Shown here: piece by piece, positions 37,471 to 52,409 of the stretch
How the letters are laid out: the number at the start of each line of letters is the position of its first letter
Numbering within the stretch: position 1 is the stretch's first letter
From: Octopus vulgaris
Lineage: Eukaryota
Length of the DNA: 64,000 nt
Reading direction: 5' to 3'
Assembly: GCA_951406725.2 (NCBI GenBank)
Contig: OX597822.1
Location: 109,988,001-110,052,000 of the forward strand
The notes under the pieces: generated by a model
What the model was told of the DNA's origin: nothing
What the model saw: only the letters and a program-made list of their open reading frames with translations
Database searches by the model: none
Made by a program: the position numbers and the translations under genes

Positions 37471-38564
37471 AATTCTTTATCGGTCTGTTTGTCTGTCTGA
37501 CTGTCTATCTCTCTTCCTGCCTCTTTCCTTGCTTAACATCTCTCTTTCTACATAACATGTACACATCGACCTTAAACACAGGCAAACGCACATGTACAGG
37601 TTGAGGCACGAACACACACGACCAAATTGTTGAGTTGCTTATCATCCATTCTTGAAGTGGCTCTCGCGCGATTCTGTGAGCAAGGCACTATATTCCCCAG
37701 CAAGATACTATATTTGCCCCAGCCTCTTTGGCTGTACATAATAACCAGCGCAGTTCCGCTGCAGATTGTTTCCAGTCTAACTGTCCCATACACTATCATC
37801 TGCTGATTCAAGTTTGCGTGAGACGATTGCTTGTCTATGTCCATTTGCGACTACCTTGTCATTGAAAATCGTAAGGGAAAGTTTGTGAAAGCTCGGTTGC
37901 GAGTAAGGCCAGCATCTTTTATATATAAAAGACAGATTAGAAAGATAAATCTCGATAGTTTTACACTCACACTCACAGACACACGCTTTCATATATATAT
38001 ATATAAACAAGAAAACACAAAAAAAAAAAACACAACAACGTATATATATATATATAACGTTCGAGGAGCTCTTGGAACATATATATACGAGTATATAAAG
38101 CTATATATTTTATATATATATATATATATTCTTATATATATATATATTCTGATATATAAAGTTAATCCAAACAAGAAAACACAAAAAAACGAAATGTCCT
38201 CAAATACCCCTCGCCCTCTGTACACACACACATACGTATACAGCGACACAAATGCAAATAAAGAGAAAAGTTTTAATATTGCTCCGAAATGGCAACAATG
38301 ATAGGACTAATATATGTAGTCTTTCTTATCACTGATTCATATGCTGCTGTGTATTTCTTTTAACCAAGATCCCTTGCTAGAAGAGGATAGATAGATGTAC
38401 GAGAAATACCATATTAACCTTTTGTAAGGACTTGAAAGGAATACCGTCTGCATTACCTCAGACATTATTAATTCCTCAGAAAATAGTACGGCAATTACTT
38501 TCTCTTGATGTTCCAAGTGTTACGTATATTATTGGCGATAATGCGAATCGAATTTTAGTTAAAA

Positions 38565-38956
38565 CTAGCAGTATCGCTCGGCGTTGCTCCGGTTTGTAAG
38601 GGAAATAACTATAAAGCATTTTTAGAGAGTTATAGCCAAAAAATAGCAAAAAATGCATTAAAAATCGAAAAAATAATTATGGTAAATTTTTTTTTTAAAT
38701 CGTTGACTCATCGTAGACATTTTTAGAGAGTTACTTCCCTTTATTTAAAAATATGCGTTAAAATGGAAAAAATTATGTTAAACTATTTTTTAAATCGTAG
38801 ACTCATCGTAGACGCGCGCTAATACCCAGAAGGGCTCGATATGAATCACGACTATAAGATACCCGGTTTTGGTTAAACTGCACCGCAAAATGTGGGAGTA
38901 GTTAGGAATCTAAATCGTAGGAGACAGACACACAACCTTTCTTTTATGTATAAAGA
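38565..38956 (-). mobile_element. Non-autonomous Helitron (392 bp) with internal repeats
   Basis: Minus strand A|TCTTTATACATAAAAG...GAGCAACGCCGAGCGATACTGCTAG|T. Internal duplicated AAATCGTWGACTCATCGTAGAC and ATTTTTAGAGAGTTA. Confidence 0.75.
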
Positions 38957-39244
38957 TATCAGTAGGGGTGACAAATAAAATTATGATAGATGGTGTTCGT
39001 AATAGCAATTATTGAAAAAATATAGTAATGTAAAAATCCATAAAGAAGCTATAAAAAAAACTGAATGAAAAACGTATTTAAAAAAAAACAATAACAGTAA
39101 TTGAAAATAAAAACCTATAAATACATGAATGCCTAAACATATACATACGAATGTAAATACGCATCCGCATTCATCTGCATATAAGAATACGCACGTGAGT
39201 ATATTGAAAACCAAGGTCTGTACCCAGGCATGCGCATACACGTG

Positions 39245-39613
39245 TAAACATATGTGTGCGTATTTCTGAGTCGAATCTATACCTCGGTGCGCGCGCGCGG
39301 TTGTTTGCGTGCATCTAATCTAGCGGAAGTTTCCTTTCAGCAAGAAGACAAGAAAGAGGAGAAGAGTGAGCGTGTGTTAGGGTGTTAGTGTGTGTGTGTG
39401 TGTATATATGTGTGTGTGTGTGTGTGTTGACAATAAATTTCTATACCCAAGTATGGGCATACACATGTCAATATATGTGTGTGCGTATTTTTTAGTCGAA
39501 TCAATACATCCTTGTGTGCGCGCGTGATTGTGTATGCGCATTTAATCCAGCGAAGGTTTCCCTTTCAGGAAAGAGATAAGGTGAGTGAGAGGCGGAGAGT
39601 GAGAGAACGTGTG

Positions 39614-39658
<45 letters not shown>

Positions 39659-39660
39659 CT
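39245..39660. repeat. Diverged tandem duplication, unit ~225 bp ending in (TG)n
   Basis: GTGTGCGTATTT...AGTCGAATC...GCGCGCG...TAATCYAGCGRARGTTTCC occurs at ~39255 and ~39480. Confidence 0.75.
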
Positions 39661-40402
39661 GTGTGTGGTGTGTGGAAAAGATAGACCGAAAGTGATTATT
39701 TAACTTTCGGACGTCGGCACTCCGCATGGAACATGACAGGGATTGCACTGGTGTTTCTAAGTGGGTTAAGACTTTAATCTTTGCTGTAGCAAAATAATAT
39801 AAAGTAGATTGCCAAGCAATGGCCTACTGAAATGATCCAAGTCTATGCTTTATCACTGGGCTTGTATTACGTCTTGGTAATATGGTAAATATGGATTCAC
39901 TTTTTCCGAGAACGTTCTGCATGAAAGTTTATATGTTTTCAGGCAGGCTTGGTATAGAAGGAGAAGGGATTCAATATACCTCCTCATGTTAAAATCAACA
40001 AGTTCGCATTCATTTTTGTGTGATATTATAATGCAAAATCAGCCGAGGTTAATCGAGAAATGCGTTTTTGTCAGCCATTGGGAATAAATCTAAAGGGTAT
40101 TAGAAACGAAAACAACAACCACAGAGGACAACAAATTAATTAATTTCCTGCTTTAAGAAGAGCTAAGTGTTCGTTTCAAGCTTCGAGCGATCGCTTTTCG
40201 TGAAGAAGTCGGATGTACGAGGTGCACACACATTGTGAAGCTTATGCACGTACATCCGGCCGCATACACCCATATGTACAAACGTACTCACGTATAAATA
40301 CATTAGCACGCATAAATATTAGATATATGTAGTAACATAATAGAAAACACAGTCATATATATATATATATATATATACATACATACACGCAAAATGAATA
40401 AT

Positions 40403-40531
40403 CTTATCTGAAATGAATATGCTTATATGTATCACTAGCCATACTAGACTCGTATCAAATCTGCACAAAATCCGATTATTTTATTTTATTTTTCGTTAGT
40501 GATACATATAGGCATATTCATTTCAGATAAG
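40403..40531. repeat. 37-bp inverted repeat with a ~55-nt spacer (MITE-like)
   Basis: CTTATCTGAAATGAATATGCTTATATGTATCACTA versus TAGTGATACATATAGGCATATTCATTTCAGATAAG. Confidence 0.8.
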
Positions 40532-40538
40532 CTTACAC

Positions 40539-40758
40539 TTTCTCTTTTACTTTTTTACTCTTTTACTTGTTTCAGTCATTTGACTGCGGCCATGCTGGAG
40601 CACCGCCTTTAGTCGAGCAAATTGACCCCGGGACTTATTCTTTGTAAGTCCAGTACTTATTCTATCGGTCTCTTTTTCCGAACCGCTATGTGAAGGGGAC
40701 ATAAACACACCAGCATCGGTTGTCAAGCAATGCTAGGGGGACAAACACAGACACACAA

Positions 40759-40791
<33 letters not shown>

Positions 40792-40962
40792 CATATATAC
40801 GACAGGCTTCTTTCAGTTTCCGTCTACCAAATCTACTCACAAGGCATTGGTCGGCCCGGGGCTATAGCAGAAGACGCTTGCCCAAGGTGCCACGCAGTGG
40901 GACTGAACCCGGAACCATGTGTTTGGTTAGCAAGCTACTTACCACACAGTCACTCCTGCGCC
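40539..40962 (-). mobile_element. SINE family A, full length
   Basis: Complete head, body and (GTAAAAGA)n-like tail. Confidence 0.92.
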
Positions 40963-41036
40963 TACTCATTTTGTGTGTATATGTACTCAGACAACCTCCC
41001 ACATGAACATTTACTTATACATGCATATATGCGTAC

Positions 41037-41085
<49 letters not shown>

Positions 41086-41386
41086 TATTTTACTCATATC
41101 CAGTTTTTCGCCGTGTCTCGTTTAACTGGTCTCTTCTTTTAAACGCTATTCATGACGTTTGAATTCAGAATGTTGTTTCTAGCATGTCCAGTGCTCTGAT
41201 GGTGGTCAGGTATTTTTCACGTTTGCTATTTCAGTAGAATTCTACGCGTACGTGAATCATCATACGGAAGTGAAACTTTGGAAGTTTGTAGCCTTTAGAA
41301 AGTGGATAGGTGGTAAGTGGGCGAATTGGGGGAATGGGCATTGAGTGTCTCTTTAAGAAAATTTAAACTGTAAATTATATATATAC

Positions 41387-41642
41387 GAAGCCTGTCGTAT
41401 ATATGTATATATATGTATGTGTGTCTGTGTTTGTCCCCCTAGCATTGCTTGACAACCGATGCTGGTGGGTTTACGTCCCCGTCACTTAGTGGTTCGGCAA
41501 TAGAGACCGATAGAATAAGTACTGGGCTTACAAAGAATAAGTCCCGGGGTCGATTTGCTCGACTAAAGGCGGTGCTCCAGCATGGCCGGAGTCAAATGAC
41601 TGAAACAAGTAAAAGAGTAAAAGAATAAAAGAAAAAGAATAA
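41387..41642 (+). mobile_element. SINE family A, 5'-truncated
   Basis: Matches the 3' half of family A. Confidence 0.9.
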
Positions 41643-44084
41643 ATATATAAACTATATATATTCCCTAGTTTCGTAATCTCTGTATTTTTCTACGTTGATA
41701 AACAAAAAAATATCGAAAAAAATTATATTCCCTAATACTGAGAGGCCAGTAAACATCAACAGCTACAATAAGTAGTTATCAAACTCTAAAAAACTCACAT
41801 CTCTGGAATATCTCTTTCTTCTTCAATATTCTCATCAATATACTTAGTTACCCATATTGATATGAATCCAATTAGCTAAAAAGCATTCCTAGATGCTGAG
41901 CATGCTTTTTTCTCATCTATACACATATCACCGCGAAAGCCTTTATGCGGCCGCTTATCTCACAAATGCGCATTTAAAATGCTTAAAAATGGTTATGACG
42001 CATTACATAATACATTCTTAAATACCTCTAAAAACCTGAAAATGGCATGGTAATGGCTGAAGCTTTCATCTTCGATTAACTCTATTTTGATTGATCTGAA
42101 ACTCTAAAAAAATTGCTTGCTTCTTATTTTGATACGACCATGAAACGCAAGTTAAATTCTCCTTCAATTTACAATTGATCCTAAAAAGAATTTATCCTAA
42201 AATAATTTTATCCAGCGAAATAAAAAAAAAGAAAGAATGTGAAAAGTTTAAAGAAGACAATGAATTATGAGGAGTTGAAAATCTTGGAGAACCGCTCAAT
42301 CAAAGAGAGAAAAGTGAGGCTAAGAATCTTCGACCACCCTTGGGAACCGTATGAACACGCAAATCTCGCTGCCTTAGTGCACGTTCGCAAATCATCTGTC
42401 ACAGTGTATTCAGCCCTTCCACTCAGTAGGTGTTGACAACAAACGAAATGTGTGACCACAGGGATACCTCCCCCTCCTCAGAGTAAGTGAGACGTGAACT
42501 GGGGGCAAGGCACAATGATCAGGAAAGTAAAATATGACGGAAGTGACCTCTGCCTGATCTTTAAAGCAGAGTTTTCTGTAGGTTAATTTCTGAGTGACAC
42601 TGGCCACCCTGCACATCATTTTCTCCCAGGATTTTTCACTTGAAAATCTGAACCAAGTCAGACCAGGGACTATTCAACGGGACCAGTCAGTCTATCTTTC
42701 CACAACGCAGTTGTACGTCATGGACCTCCCACTTCAGGTGCCGAGCGGCTGGCTCACTTACTTATCTTGGTTGAATTTTCGAAACATTAGAGCATGTTGC
42801 CGAAGGTATTGCATCCCTCTCACATATCAGGTAGCCTTACACCGTTCTTTTGTGCAACCAAGATGCGGTTCCCAACACCCATCAGCTCAAAAGAGAAGGG
42901 CATTTTTTGAAAGGTATTTAGATGTCGGAAAAAATATAACAGATCCGTCCAATGACAAGGCATAAACAGATAATATTCTGAAGACATAGTCTATACTGAT
43001 GCCGAAGTCCTGTACCATATATTTACTTTCCAGGTGCAGAAAGATGGTCTGAATCACCGAGATTTAATCTTACCGAAGCAACACAACTGTTCTATTCAGA
43101 AATTCTCGCTGTTAGTCTCTACATCTATACCTAGTGAGATGAAGTCATCGAGTAGATGGCCGGCTCCCAAAGTGATGCTTTTTGTTCATTCATTATTCCT
43201 ATTATGTGTGTGGTCATGTTTTGCAAGAGAGGAGGCATGTGAGAATAAAACACCAGCCTTATTTCTCTAAGGGCTTGTTTCCCGGCGATTTGGAAATTTG
43301 TGAGCTCCACTTACAGTTCTTTATAATGTTGGCCGTTTTTAATCTCTCAGCAGTTCCCCATCCCTTTCGAATATTTCGTTTCGGTTAGTTGTATGTTTCT
43401 TGCATAAGTTTTATAGATTTTAAAGTAACATTCTACTGATTCCTGTAAATCGAATTCCTCGGGAAGGGTGTTTCGCATTCGGAGTGTTTCTGTGTTCATA
43501 GTCTGGTTGATATGTGTGGTGTGAAGGAGATCTCTTTAGGTTGCGGTGGCGCAATACATTTTTTCTGGAATGTAGCATTGGAGACTGCTGCTGGTATTGA
43601 GTGTGCTTTCCTTGGTGTTCCTGTTGGTGCTACTGTTCATTCTGACGATACGTTTCTTGAAAATGTTGCTGATATGGCTGCAGGTGTCGATAATAATACC
43701 TTTTTATTATTGATGGTGCTGCAATGGTAAGAGCGTCGGTGACAAAGTGGTTTTATTTTTTGCAGTGGGAAATAAACATCAGCTTCCTTTGTCTGCCTAA
43801 GTCAATTGCGTATGTTATAGCCGACACAAGCAAGCAGATATATACTTTTGATACTACCTCGTATATTTTAATTTTGACCACTCTACAACCGTTGTATGCT
43901 GGAATCAATATCATGTCACCGCTATTTAGTGTTGCTGTGGTGCTTCTCCTTAGTTTTGCCAAAGTCTCATTTTTGGGTGACACAGATATTTTCATGTCCC
44001 AGATTGGTTCAAATCAACCTGGGTCTGCCTCACTCAAACAGATAATCTCTTTATTAGGCAATACATTTACGTATTTTCTTTTAC

Positions 44085-44357
44085 GCTCGAATGTGGAGTC
44101 TAAAAACAGAAATAATTCATATCATAGTAGGCGCATTAGGTATGATAAAAAATATTCAGACAAATACATAACAAAAACAGAACTAACAAGTATAACATAC
44201 CGAAAATAGCACTACTGGGCACCGCACACATCCTACGTCAAAAACAATTCAATACAGTAGAAATAACAGCATAAGAACAAATCACAGCAAATACTGAAGT
44301 TACACAGAGTTGCGCTCGGTAGTGTAGTGAAAGCATGTGATAAAAATAAGACTATTT
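44085..44357 (+). mobile_element. R4/Dong-type LINE extreme 3' end followed by (AAC/AAT)n
   Basis: IIVGALGMIK...KIALLGTAHILR, then a UTR shared with ~19905. Confidence 0.75.
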
Positions 44358-44397
44358 AGTAACAACAACAACAACAATAACAATAATAATGATGATG

Positions 44398-44531
<134 letters not shown>

Positions 44532-44742
44532 CTTTTCTGCTAGAGGCGCAATGCCTGAGATTTTCTGGGAGGGCACTAGTCGATAACATCAAATTAACTG
44601 TTAACTGATACTTATTTCATCCTCCCCGAAAGGATGAAAGGCAAAGTCGACCCAGGCGGAATTTGAATTCAGAACGGAAAGATGGACGAAATGCCGCTAA
44701 ACATTCTTCTCGGCGTGCTAACGACTCTGCCAGCTCACCGCC
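44532..44742 (-). mobile_element. SINE family B
   Basis: Minus strand GGCGGTGAGCTGGCAGAGTCGTTAGCACGCCG...GAATTCAAATTCCGCC...GCCTTTCATCCTTTCGG, with the tail running into (ATT)n. Confidence 0.85.
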
Positions 44743-44758
44743 TTAACAACTACAACAG

Positions 44759-44822
<64 letters not shown>

Positions 44823-44823
44823 G

Positions 44824-44858
<35 letters not shown>

Positions 44859-44863
44859 ACTAT

Positions 44864-44921
<58 letters not shown>

Positions 44922-44922
44922 G

Positions 44923-44949
<27 letters not shown>

Positions 44950-44953
<4 letters not shown>

Positions 44954-45620
44954 AACAGAGGGGTTTATCATAGCAGCTCAAGATCAATGCCTACCAACAA
45001 GAAGCTACCAGGCCAACATATTAAAGAACGGCAGTAGCCCAACATGTCGTGTATGCCGACAACAAAATGAAACCATTGATCATGTTGTTTCCAAGTGCAG
45101 TCTTCTTGCGCCTACAGAGTATCTCAAAAGGCATGATAGAGCTGCACAATATATTCACTGGGTAATTTGCAAAAACCTGGATTTGCCCCATGAAAAAAAC
45201 TGGTGGGAACACAATCCACCTCCAGTGCTTGAAAATGACCACATCTCACTCCTCTGGAACTTCACCATTCTAACTGACAGGAAGATAGATGCAAATAGGC
45301 CAGACATCATATTGAAAGACTTCGGACAAAGAACATGCCTCCTCATTGATATGACTGTCCCAATCGATATAAACGTATCTGTCAAGACCTACCAAAAACT
45401 GAGCAAATATAAAGATCTTGAAATAGAAATCAGCAAAATGTGGAAGCTGAAGACTAAAACAATACCTGTTGTCATAGGTGCCCTGGGAATGATAGCGAAA
45501 GGGACTAATTGTTACCTAATTCAGATACCAGGAAACCCCAAAATGGCAGAAATTCAAAAGAACTGCTCATATCCTACGCAAAATACTCTCTATGTAATCC
45601 CAAGGTTTAAAACAAACTTC

Positions 45621-45651
<31 letters not shown>

Positions 45652-45843
45652 ATTTTTATTTATTTATTTAATTTTTAAAATTTTATTTTTACGTATTAGA
45701 CATTCACTAGTACAACACCAAAAGAAAAAGAAAAAAAAACCCGAAATATATGGCACAGAACTTCCAACCTGTTGTCTCTTGAGGTCTCTGGGTGAGACTT
45801 GGAGCCAACTTGTACAGACATAAAGCAAAAGTCAAACATAGAA
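44950..45843 (+). mobile_element. R4/Dong-type LINE, 5'-truncated, well-preserved CCHC finger and RLE, inside (AAT)n
   Basis: ETEGFIIAAQDQ...CRVCRQQNETIDHVVSKC...RHD...ANRPDIIL...LLIDMTVP...KLSKYKDLE...IPVVIGALG. One small deletion near the C-terminus; (AAT)n on both sides. Confidence 0.92.
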
Positions 45844-45872
45844 TAATAATAATAATAATAATAGCAATAACC

Positions 45873-45927
<55 letters not shown>

Positions 45928-45928
<1 letters not shown>

Positions 45929-46022
45929 GGTGCCCGAAAAATAAGAGGTATTACATTAGTTCAGTGGTAGTGAATAGCTGACACTGTAATACATCTCCAG
46001 CGTTAGAAGCTGTGCAAAGGCA
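45928..46022 (+). mobile_element. 95-bp R4 3'-end-only insertion inside (AAT)n
   Basis: Aligns with 2354-2441 (GGTGCYCGAAAAATAAGAGGT...AGCTGACACTGTA...TAGAAGCTGTGCAAAGGCAA). Confidence 0.8.
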
Positions 46023-46431
<409 letters not shown>

Positions 46432-46957
46432 GAATTTACTGAACCAAATTGAAAGTCGTGTTTTATTACTCTTCCCGTAATCATCGTGTATTCAGATCAA
46501 AATTAGAGAGATGTGATTCTTGCACTTTAACCAAATTTGCCTGTGACATAAAACTATAGCGATCAATTCCATACTTCTCATATTTTCTTTATAAATAACA
46601 TCTTGAGAATGCTGAAATACAACATAAAGACTTGTTTAAAAATTTATGATTCCTATTAGCAAATATAATATAGAAAATCAGAAAACACACTAATTATATG
46701 GCACAGAAGCTTTAAAAGAAATATCTGTGAATGACTTGTAGACATAAAGCAAAATTTATAAACCTAATAATTTCAACTACTTTTTTAGATTGCATCGCCA
46801 TTTCAATTGGCAAACAAATAAATGTTGTTATATGTCCTGTGCCTCGTATTTCATTTGATATTGTACTATATGATTTGAGAATGAGAGATCTATATGCATA
46901 TGGGTATATCTATCTACTTATATATTACTATCTATCTATTTTTCTCTCTCTCTCTCT

Positions 46958-46980
46958 GTATATATATATGCGTATATATG

Positions 46981-47042
<62 letters not shown>

Positions 47043-47141
47043 TATATATATCTATATATATATACATATATATTTTTATATATCTATATATATATACATA
47101 TATATATACATACATATATATATATACATATATATATATAC

Positions 47142-47174
<33 letters not shown>

Positions 47175-47243
47175 CATATATATATACATATATATATACA
47201 TATATATATTTATATCTATATATATATACATATATATATATAC

Positions 47244-47298
<55 letters not shown>

Positions 47299-47390
47299 TA
47301 TATACATATATATATACATATATATATACACACACATATATATATATATATATATACATACACATACATACACTCACACATATATATATG
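46958..47390. repeat. Long interrupted (TA)n/(TACA) tract, one of dozens in the window
   Basis: Direct reading. Confidence 0.95.
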
Positions 47391-48437
47391 TGTGTGGGCT
47401 TACGTGTGTGTGTTTGGAGAAAAGGGAGAAGAGATATGTTACGTATGTTTGTGGTGTATGTATGCGTGCGCGTGCGGTTGTGTGTGCTTGTGTGTGTTTC
47501 TGCATATGTGAGTCCATCATTAAATTTTTGGATTTGTGAATGGATGTATGAGATTATTTGTCTTTCCCACTTGTTTCTTTCACGATTACTCTCCAATTTT
47601 CCCGACCTATGAAAAAAGGATTCTGATGTTAAAAATGTGGATGGTATATTATCTTAATATTAACATTAAAAAATGAAATGAACGACATTTACAGATTCAC
47701 ATACACACTTATGTATATTTATGCTTGTATATACACTCATACACATGTGTGTGTGCGTGTGTGTGTATTTAATTCATGTTCTAGGAATTGCCTCTATAAT
47801 ATGTCGTTAAGCCATAGTGTCACTTTAAATCATGTGTAGCATTCTTTTTCTACTGATTTTTTACGTATTTACATTCCTCCATATTTACATTAAAACGAAA
47901 GAATGATTATGTCGTTATAAATTGATGTAGTAAAAAAACAAAAACATCTAAAGTTGTCTACACTCGTAAATTTTACGTAATCGCTGTTTGAAACTACTTC
48001 TAATATTGATGCGGTATAGAATTATGGATATATGTTAAATCTAGCGCTAGTTAAAACTAGTCATTGAATCTATTCATCTATATAGATTTTGTGATTCAAA
48101 CTTTCGCGAAAAAACTTTGTTGCAACATTCTCGGCGCTACTACTATGGAACATTTGGTAGCTATTTCAGACTGAGAGTGTAGATGAATATTCTACACCTA
48201 GAAATATGTCGCACTATTAACTTATAATCCGAGCGGAAAAAAAAAACGAAATTTTCCTAAACAGATGTAGTACAAAATTCAAATATCAACAGAAACAATT
48301 TACTGATATTTAAATGTATTTAATACGTCCATATCTAGTGGTTATCTGAGAAATTGTTACGCATATATTCACCCTCTTCAGTGACTAAAAGCGAACTACA
48401 TTCAAAATGTCAATAACTGGCTTCTGTTATTCTCTCT

Positions 48438-48821
48438 CTCTTTTACTTGATTCAGTTATTTGGCTGTGGCCATGCTGGAGCACCGCCTTTAGTCGAGCAA
48501 AGCGACCCCAGGACTTATTCTTTGTAAGTCTAGTACTTATTGTATCGGTCTCTTTTGCCGAACCGCTAAGTTACGGGGACGTAAACACACCACCATCGGG
48601 GGACAAACAAAGACACACAAACATATACACACACATACACATACATATATATACATATATACGACGGGCTTCTTTCAGTTTCCGTCTACCAAATCCACTC
48701 ACAAGGATTTGGTCAGCCCGAGGCTATAGTAGAAGACACTTGCCCAAGATGCCACGCAGGGGGACTGAACCCGGAGCCATGTGGTTGGTAAGCAAGCTAC
48801 TCACCACACGGCCACTCCTGC
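48438..48821 (-). mobile_element. SINE family A
   Basis: Matches family A. A decayed family B copy follows at ~48850-49030 (+). Confidence 0.9.
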
Positions 48822-49509
48822 TTACAAAAGTGATGAGCCGGATCGATCATTCGCGTGCTGAACAAAATGCTTCACGTCATTTAGTCCGACTTTAAGTTCT
48901 GAGTCCAAATTCCGTTGAGGTCGACTTGAATTTCGTTGTTTCGGTGACAACGCTAAAAGTACCAGTTGAGCAATGAGTTAGGTGTACTCCAGTAGCCTCC
49001 CCCTGGAAACTTGTACTTATATTAAAAGGGATTAATACACACACGTACACGTACACACGCTCATAAACACACAGGCAATCATACACACACATACAAACAA
49101 GCCAACACAAAATGCGCATGCGTGTGAGTACGTATAGGGATATGCATGTATGTATGCATACAATTTAGTATACTAATGCCCTTCTTGCAATTTTGTAGTA
49201 AATCGTAGCCCCTCTGTATACTCCTCTTGCTTCTTACATTCAGTTTAGTTTCGTCATACTAGTGGGGCCTTAAAATTAATACCTCAACCAATATGCAGTT
49301 ATTTAAAAACATTGTATTTCAAAATAAAAAATCACACATAACCTTGATTTCGCTCAAGTATTCACGATGATGGCAGTTAAAAATATATTTTAGGTTTGAA
49401 AAGCGTCAACATGAAATTCATATATTCAAACAAATGTCAAATCCTGGCCCTTTAAAAATCCGATTTTGAACCGAAAGTTTATTTTACTTTATCTCAACAA
49501 AAATCAATG

Positions 49510-50400
49510 CAGTTAATCAAAGTATGCACCTAAATTATTAACAAGTTTTTGCCATTTTCTCGGTAGCTTATTTATGCTGGCAGCGAAGAATTCTGGAGAG
49601 CATGAAATCATCATGAAAGGCTGTTTTTGCATCCTCCTCAGTTGTCTAATGCCGGGGAAACGTGTTAACTGGTGCAATTTCAGTTTTTATAATCTGAGTT
49701 GCAAAATGTGGTCGAGCATTTTCTTGCAAAAGAATTGGCCTCTCTCTCTCTTGACCAATCTCCATTGTTTCATTGCAAGTTCACTCATCATTTCATCCCA
49801 TTGGTTGATGTATAAATCCGCTGTAACTGACTTATCAGGTCTCAGGAAGCTGTAGTGGATGACACCAGCGCTGGACCACCAAACACACACCATTAACTTT
49901 TTTTGGTGAACATTCTTGTTTGAATTCTGTTTTACATTTCGTCTCTATCCAACCACCGTTCAGAACGTTTGCTATTGTTGAAAATCATCCATTTTTCATC
50001 ACACGTAACAATACGATGCAAAATGGTTCGCTTTTATGCCGTGACAGCAAAGAACAGCAAGTTTCAGGACGACGTGTCATTTGATGCTCGTTCAGTTCGT
50101 GTGGTATGCATTTTTCCAGCTTCTTTACCTTGCCGATTTGTTTCAGATGGTCCAATGCAGTTAGAATCCAAACATCAAACCTTGCTACTAACTCACGCGT
50201 AACTTGAATTGTATCCGCTTCCCCTACTGTTTACAGCACATCATTATCCACCTTGGTCTCAAGTCTACCACGGGACTGATTTTCAAGAGTAAAGTCACCA
50301 GACGTACAGTGCGTTCATTCGCCACATTTTCAACCAAACACCTGTCTCGGATGCATTGGTTCCACGACAGAACTCATATTCACAAACAAAACAAGTTTTT
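49510..50400 (-). pseudogene. mariner (DD34D-type) transposase pseudogene
   Basis: RIVTCDEKWMIFNNSKR, HQKKLMVCVWWSSAGVIHYSFLRPDKSVTADLY and the C-terminal KWQK..NNLGAYFD*. Frameshifted; TIRs not recognised. Confidence 0.85.
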
Positions 50401-51468
50401 GATCCATCCATGGATTCACAAAAATTAATTTACAAGAGAAAACTCACTATATAATCAGACACCATGAATTGCATTTCGAAAAGTGATGTTGTAACTCTTC
50501 AATGTTGTAAAACAAATAATTGTCAGGATAAAGCATTAGAGTTAACGACTGTCAAACTTGGTGCGTGAGAAAATTGGACATTTCAGTCTTAATGGCTTGA
50601 TATTATATTTCATATAAAATATTTTAACAGATAATGGTATTAAACATTACTTGGAATTGGTTCCATGTATAATTATGAACATCACCTGTAAAATACCTAA
50701 CCTCAGTTGCATTAAAATCGATAGAGGCAGAATCGATGATTATAGTAATCCATCCAATGAGAAATAATTATAATTTAATATACATAATTTAGAAGGGCTA
50801 CTATTAGTTTCAAGCATTTAAGTTACATAAAAATGGCAAGTTTATATTACGTACCATGTATTTCCCAGCTATCTTTTAGGGTCATTTGATACGGTAGATA
50901 TAACTAAAAAGCAGGACGTTGGAATATGAGGAAAACATGAAAAACAAAAAAGAAAAATCCTGGGAGGAAAAAGAAAAGAGGACCGTTTATGAAAAAATGG
51001 AACTACAAGACTGAAAGGTGAAAGGAGTAGACCTTTGTTCACTTTCACTGAAGAGACCATAATTAATATAGCAAGTGTAGAATACTATAAAAGAAAAGAA
51101 CAACAAATCTGTAAGATAGATGCTCAAATCGTCGCAGATGTTGTCCTCCACTTCGACAAGTGAAACCTGTTCATGTGTTTGCATTTACTTAAAGTCAGTA
51201 TTTGCAATTAAGTAGTATGGTGGAATTCTTGGACCTAAAACGAATGTGCACTCTTTCACCTACTCATAACTTGCATCACTTTGATCCAAATATAAACGGC
51301 GCAGAATTCTCCACAATAATCCACTTAGTTGAATGTGGTGTGTATTCGCTCGTTACATCCCATTCCTGGCTAGCCAACTTAGTCGCCTTATTTTTGTGAA
51401 TGTGTCGGAAAAAAGATTGGTTGTTTGCAAAACGGCTTATGAGTGGATCTTGTAGATAGAAAATAAAT

Positions 51469-51800
<332 letters not shown>

Positions 51801-52409
51801 ATTGTGTAAAAAAAAAAAAAGTTTAAATGTAACATACGTTGGAAATAAATTTATTCTGTGTTATTATGTATTTATATATATTAAAAAAATCTAAAAGATA
51901 TAAAGATACGTTTTCATAGAATTAAATGTTCGCGTATCATATTTGAACTGGCATTTTATTAGTTCTCGTATCCCTAAGGTGATTTTGACTTACATAATTA
52001 ATATTCTTAATTATAATGCCTTGGAGCACTACTGGAACTTCGTCTTCATAAACAATTGTATTTCTCAAACACACCGGGTCAGGCGTGCAAGCTTCTATGT
52101 CTTGGCAATGACAATTCCTACTGTGAGTGGACTTTTAATGTGAGTTACGAGTGATAATGTCCTTCATATCGTAGCAGCAGTTGTACGAAATGATCATCGA
52201 TCGTCTATAAAAAAAATTCCATTATTTGAGGTTTGCTAGGAAATGCCTATTTAATAATGCCAGGCACTTCTTGACAAGATTCACGAATGCCTGCACTATG
52301 AAATCATCCAAATCAAACAATTCATCCGTATTAGATATTTTGAATCCTGTAAAAGCCTTAAGGAATGAAAGGGTTTTTTGCATATGCTTGACAAAATACT
52401 AGGAATTAG

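Noticed and set aside
42240-44080. Complex higher-GC stretch with several 60-160 aa ORFs
   Set aside because: Probably a decayed retroelement ORF1 region, but no diagnostic motif or splice structure could be supported.
44682-45671. 329-aa ORF as an intact gene with poly-T/A/N tracts
   Set aside because: It is a chance read-through of an antisense SINE, microsatellites and a 5'-truncated R4 fragment.
51880-52400. Possible very old PLE RT remnant (also 30600-30960 on the minus strand)
   Set aside because: Only faint motif spacing is visible, too degenerate to call by eye.
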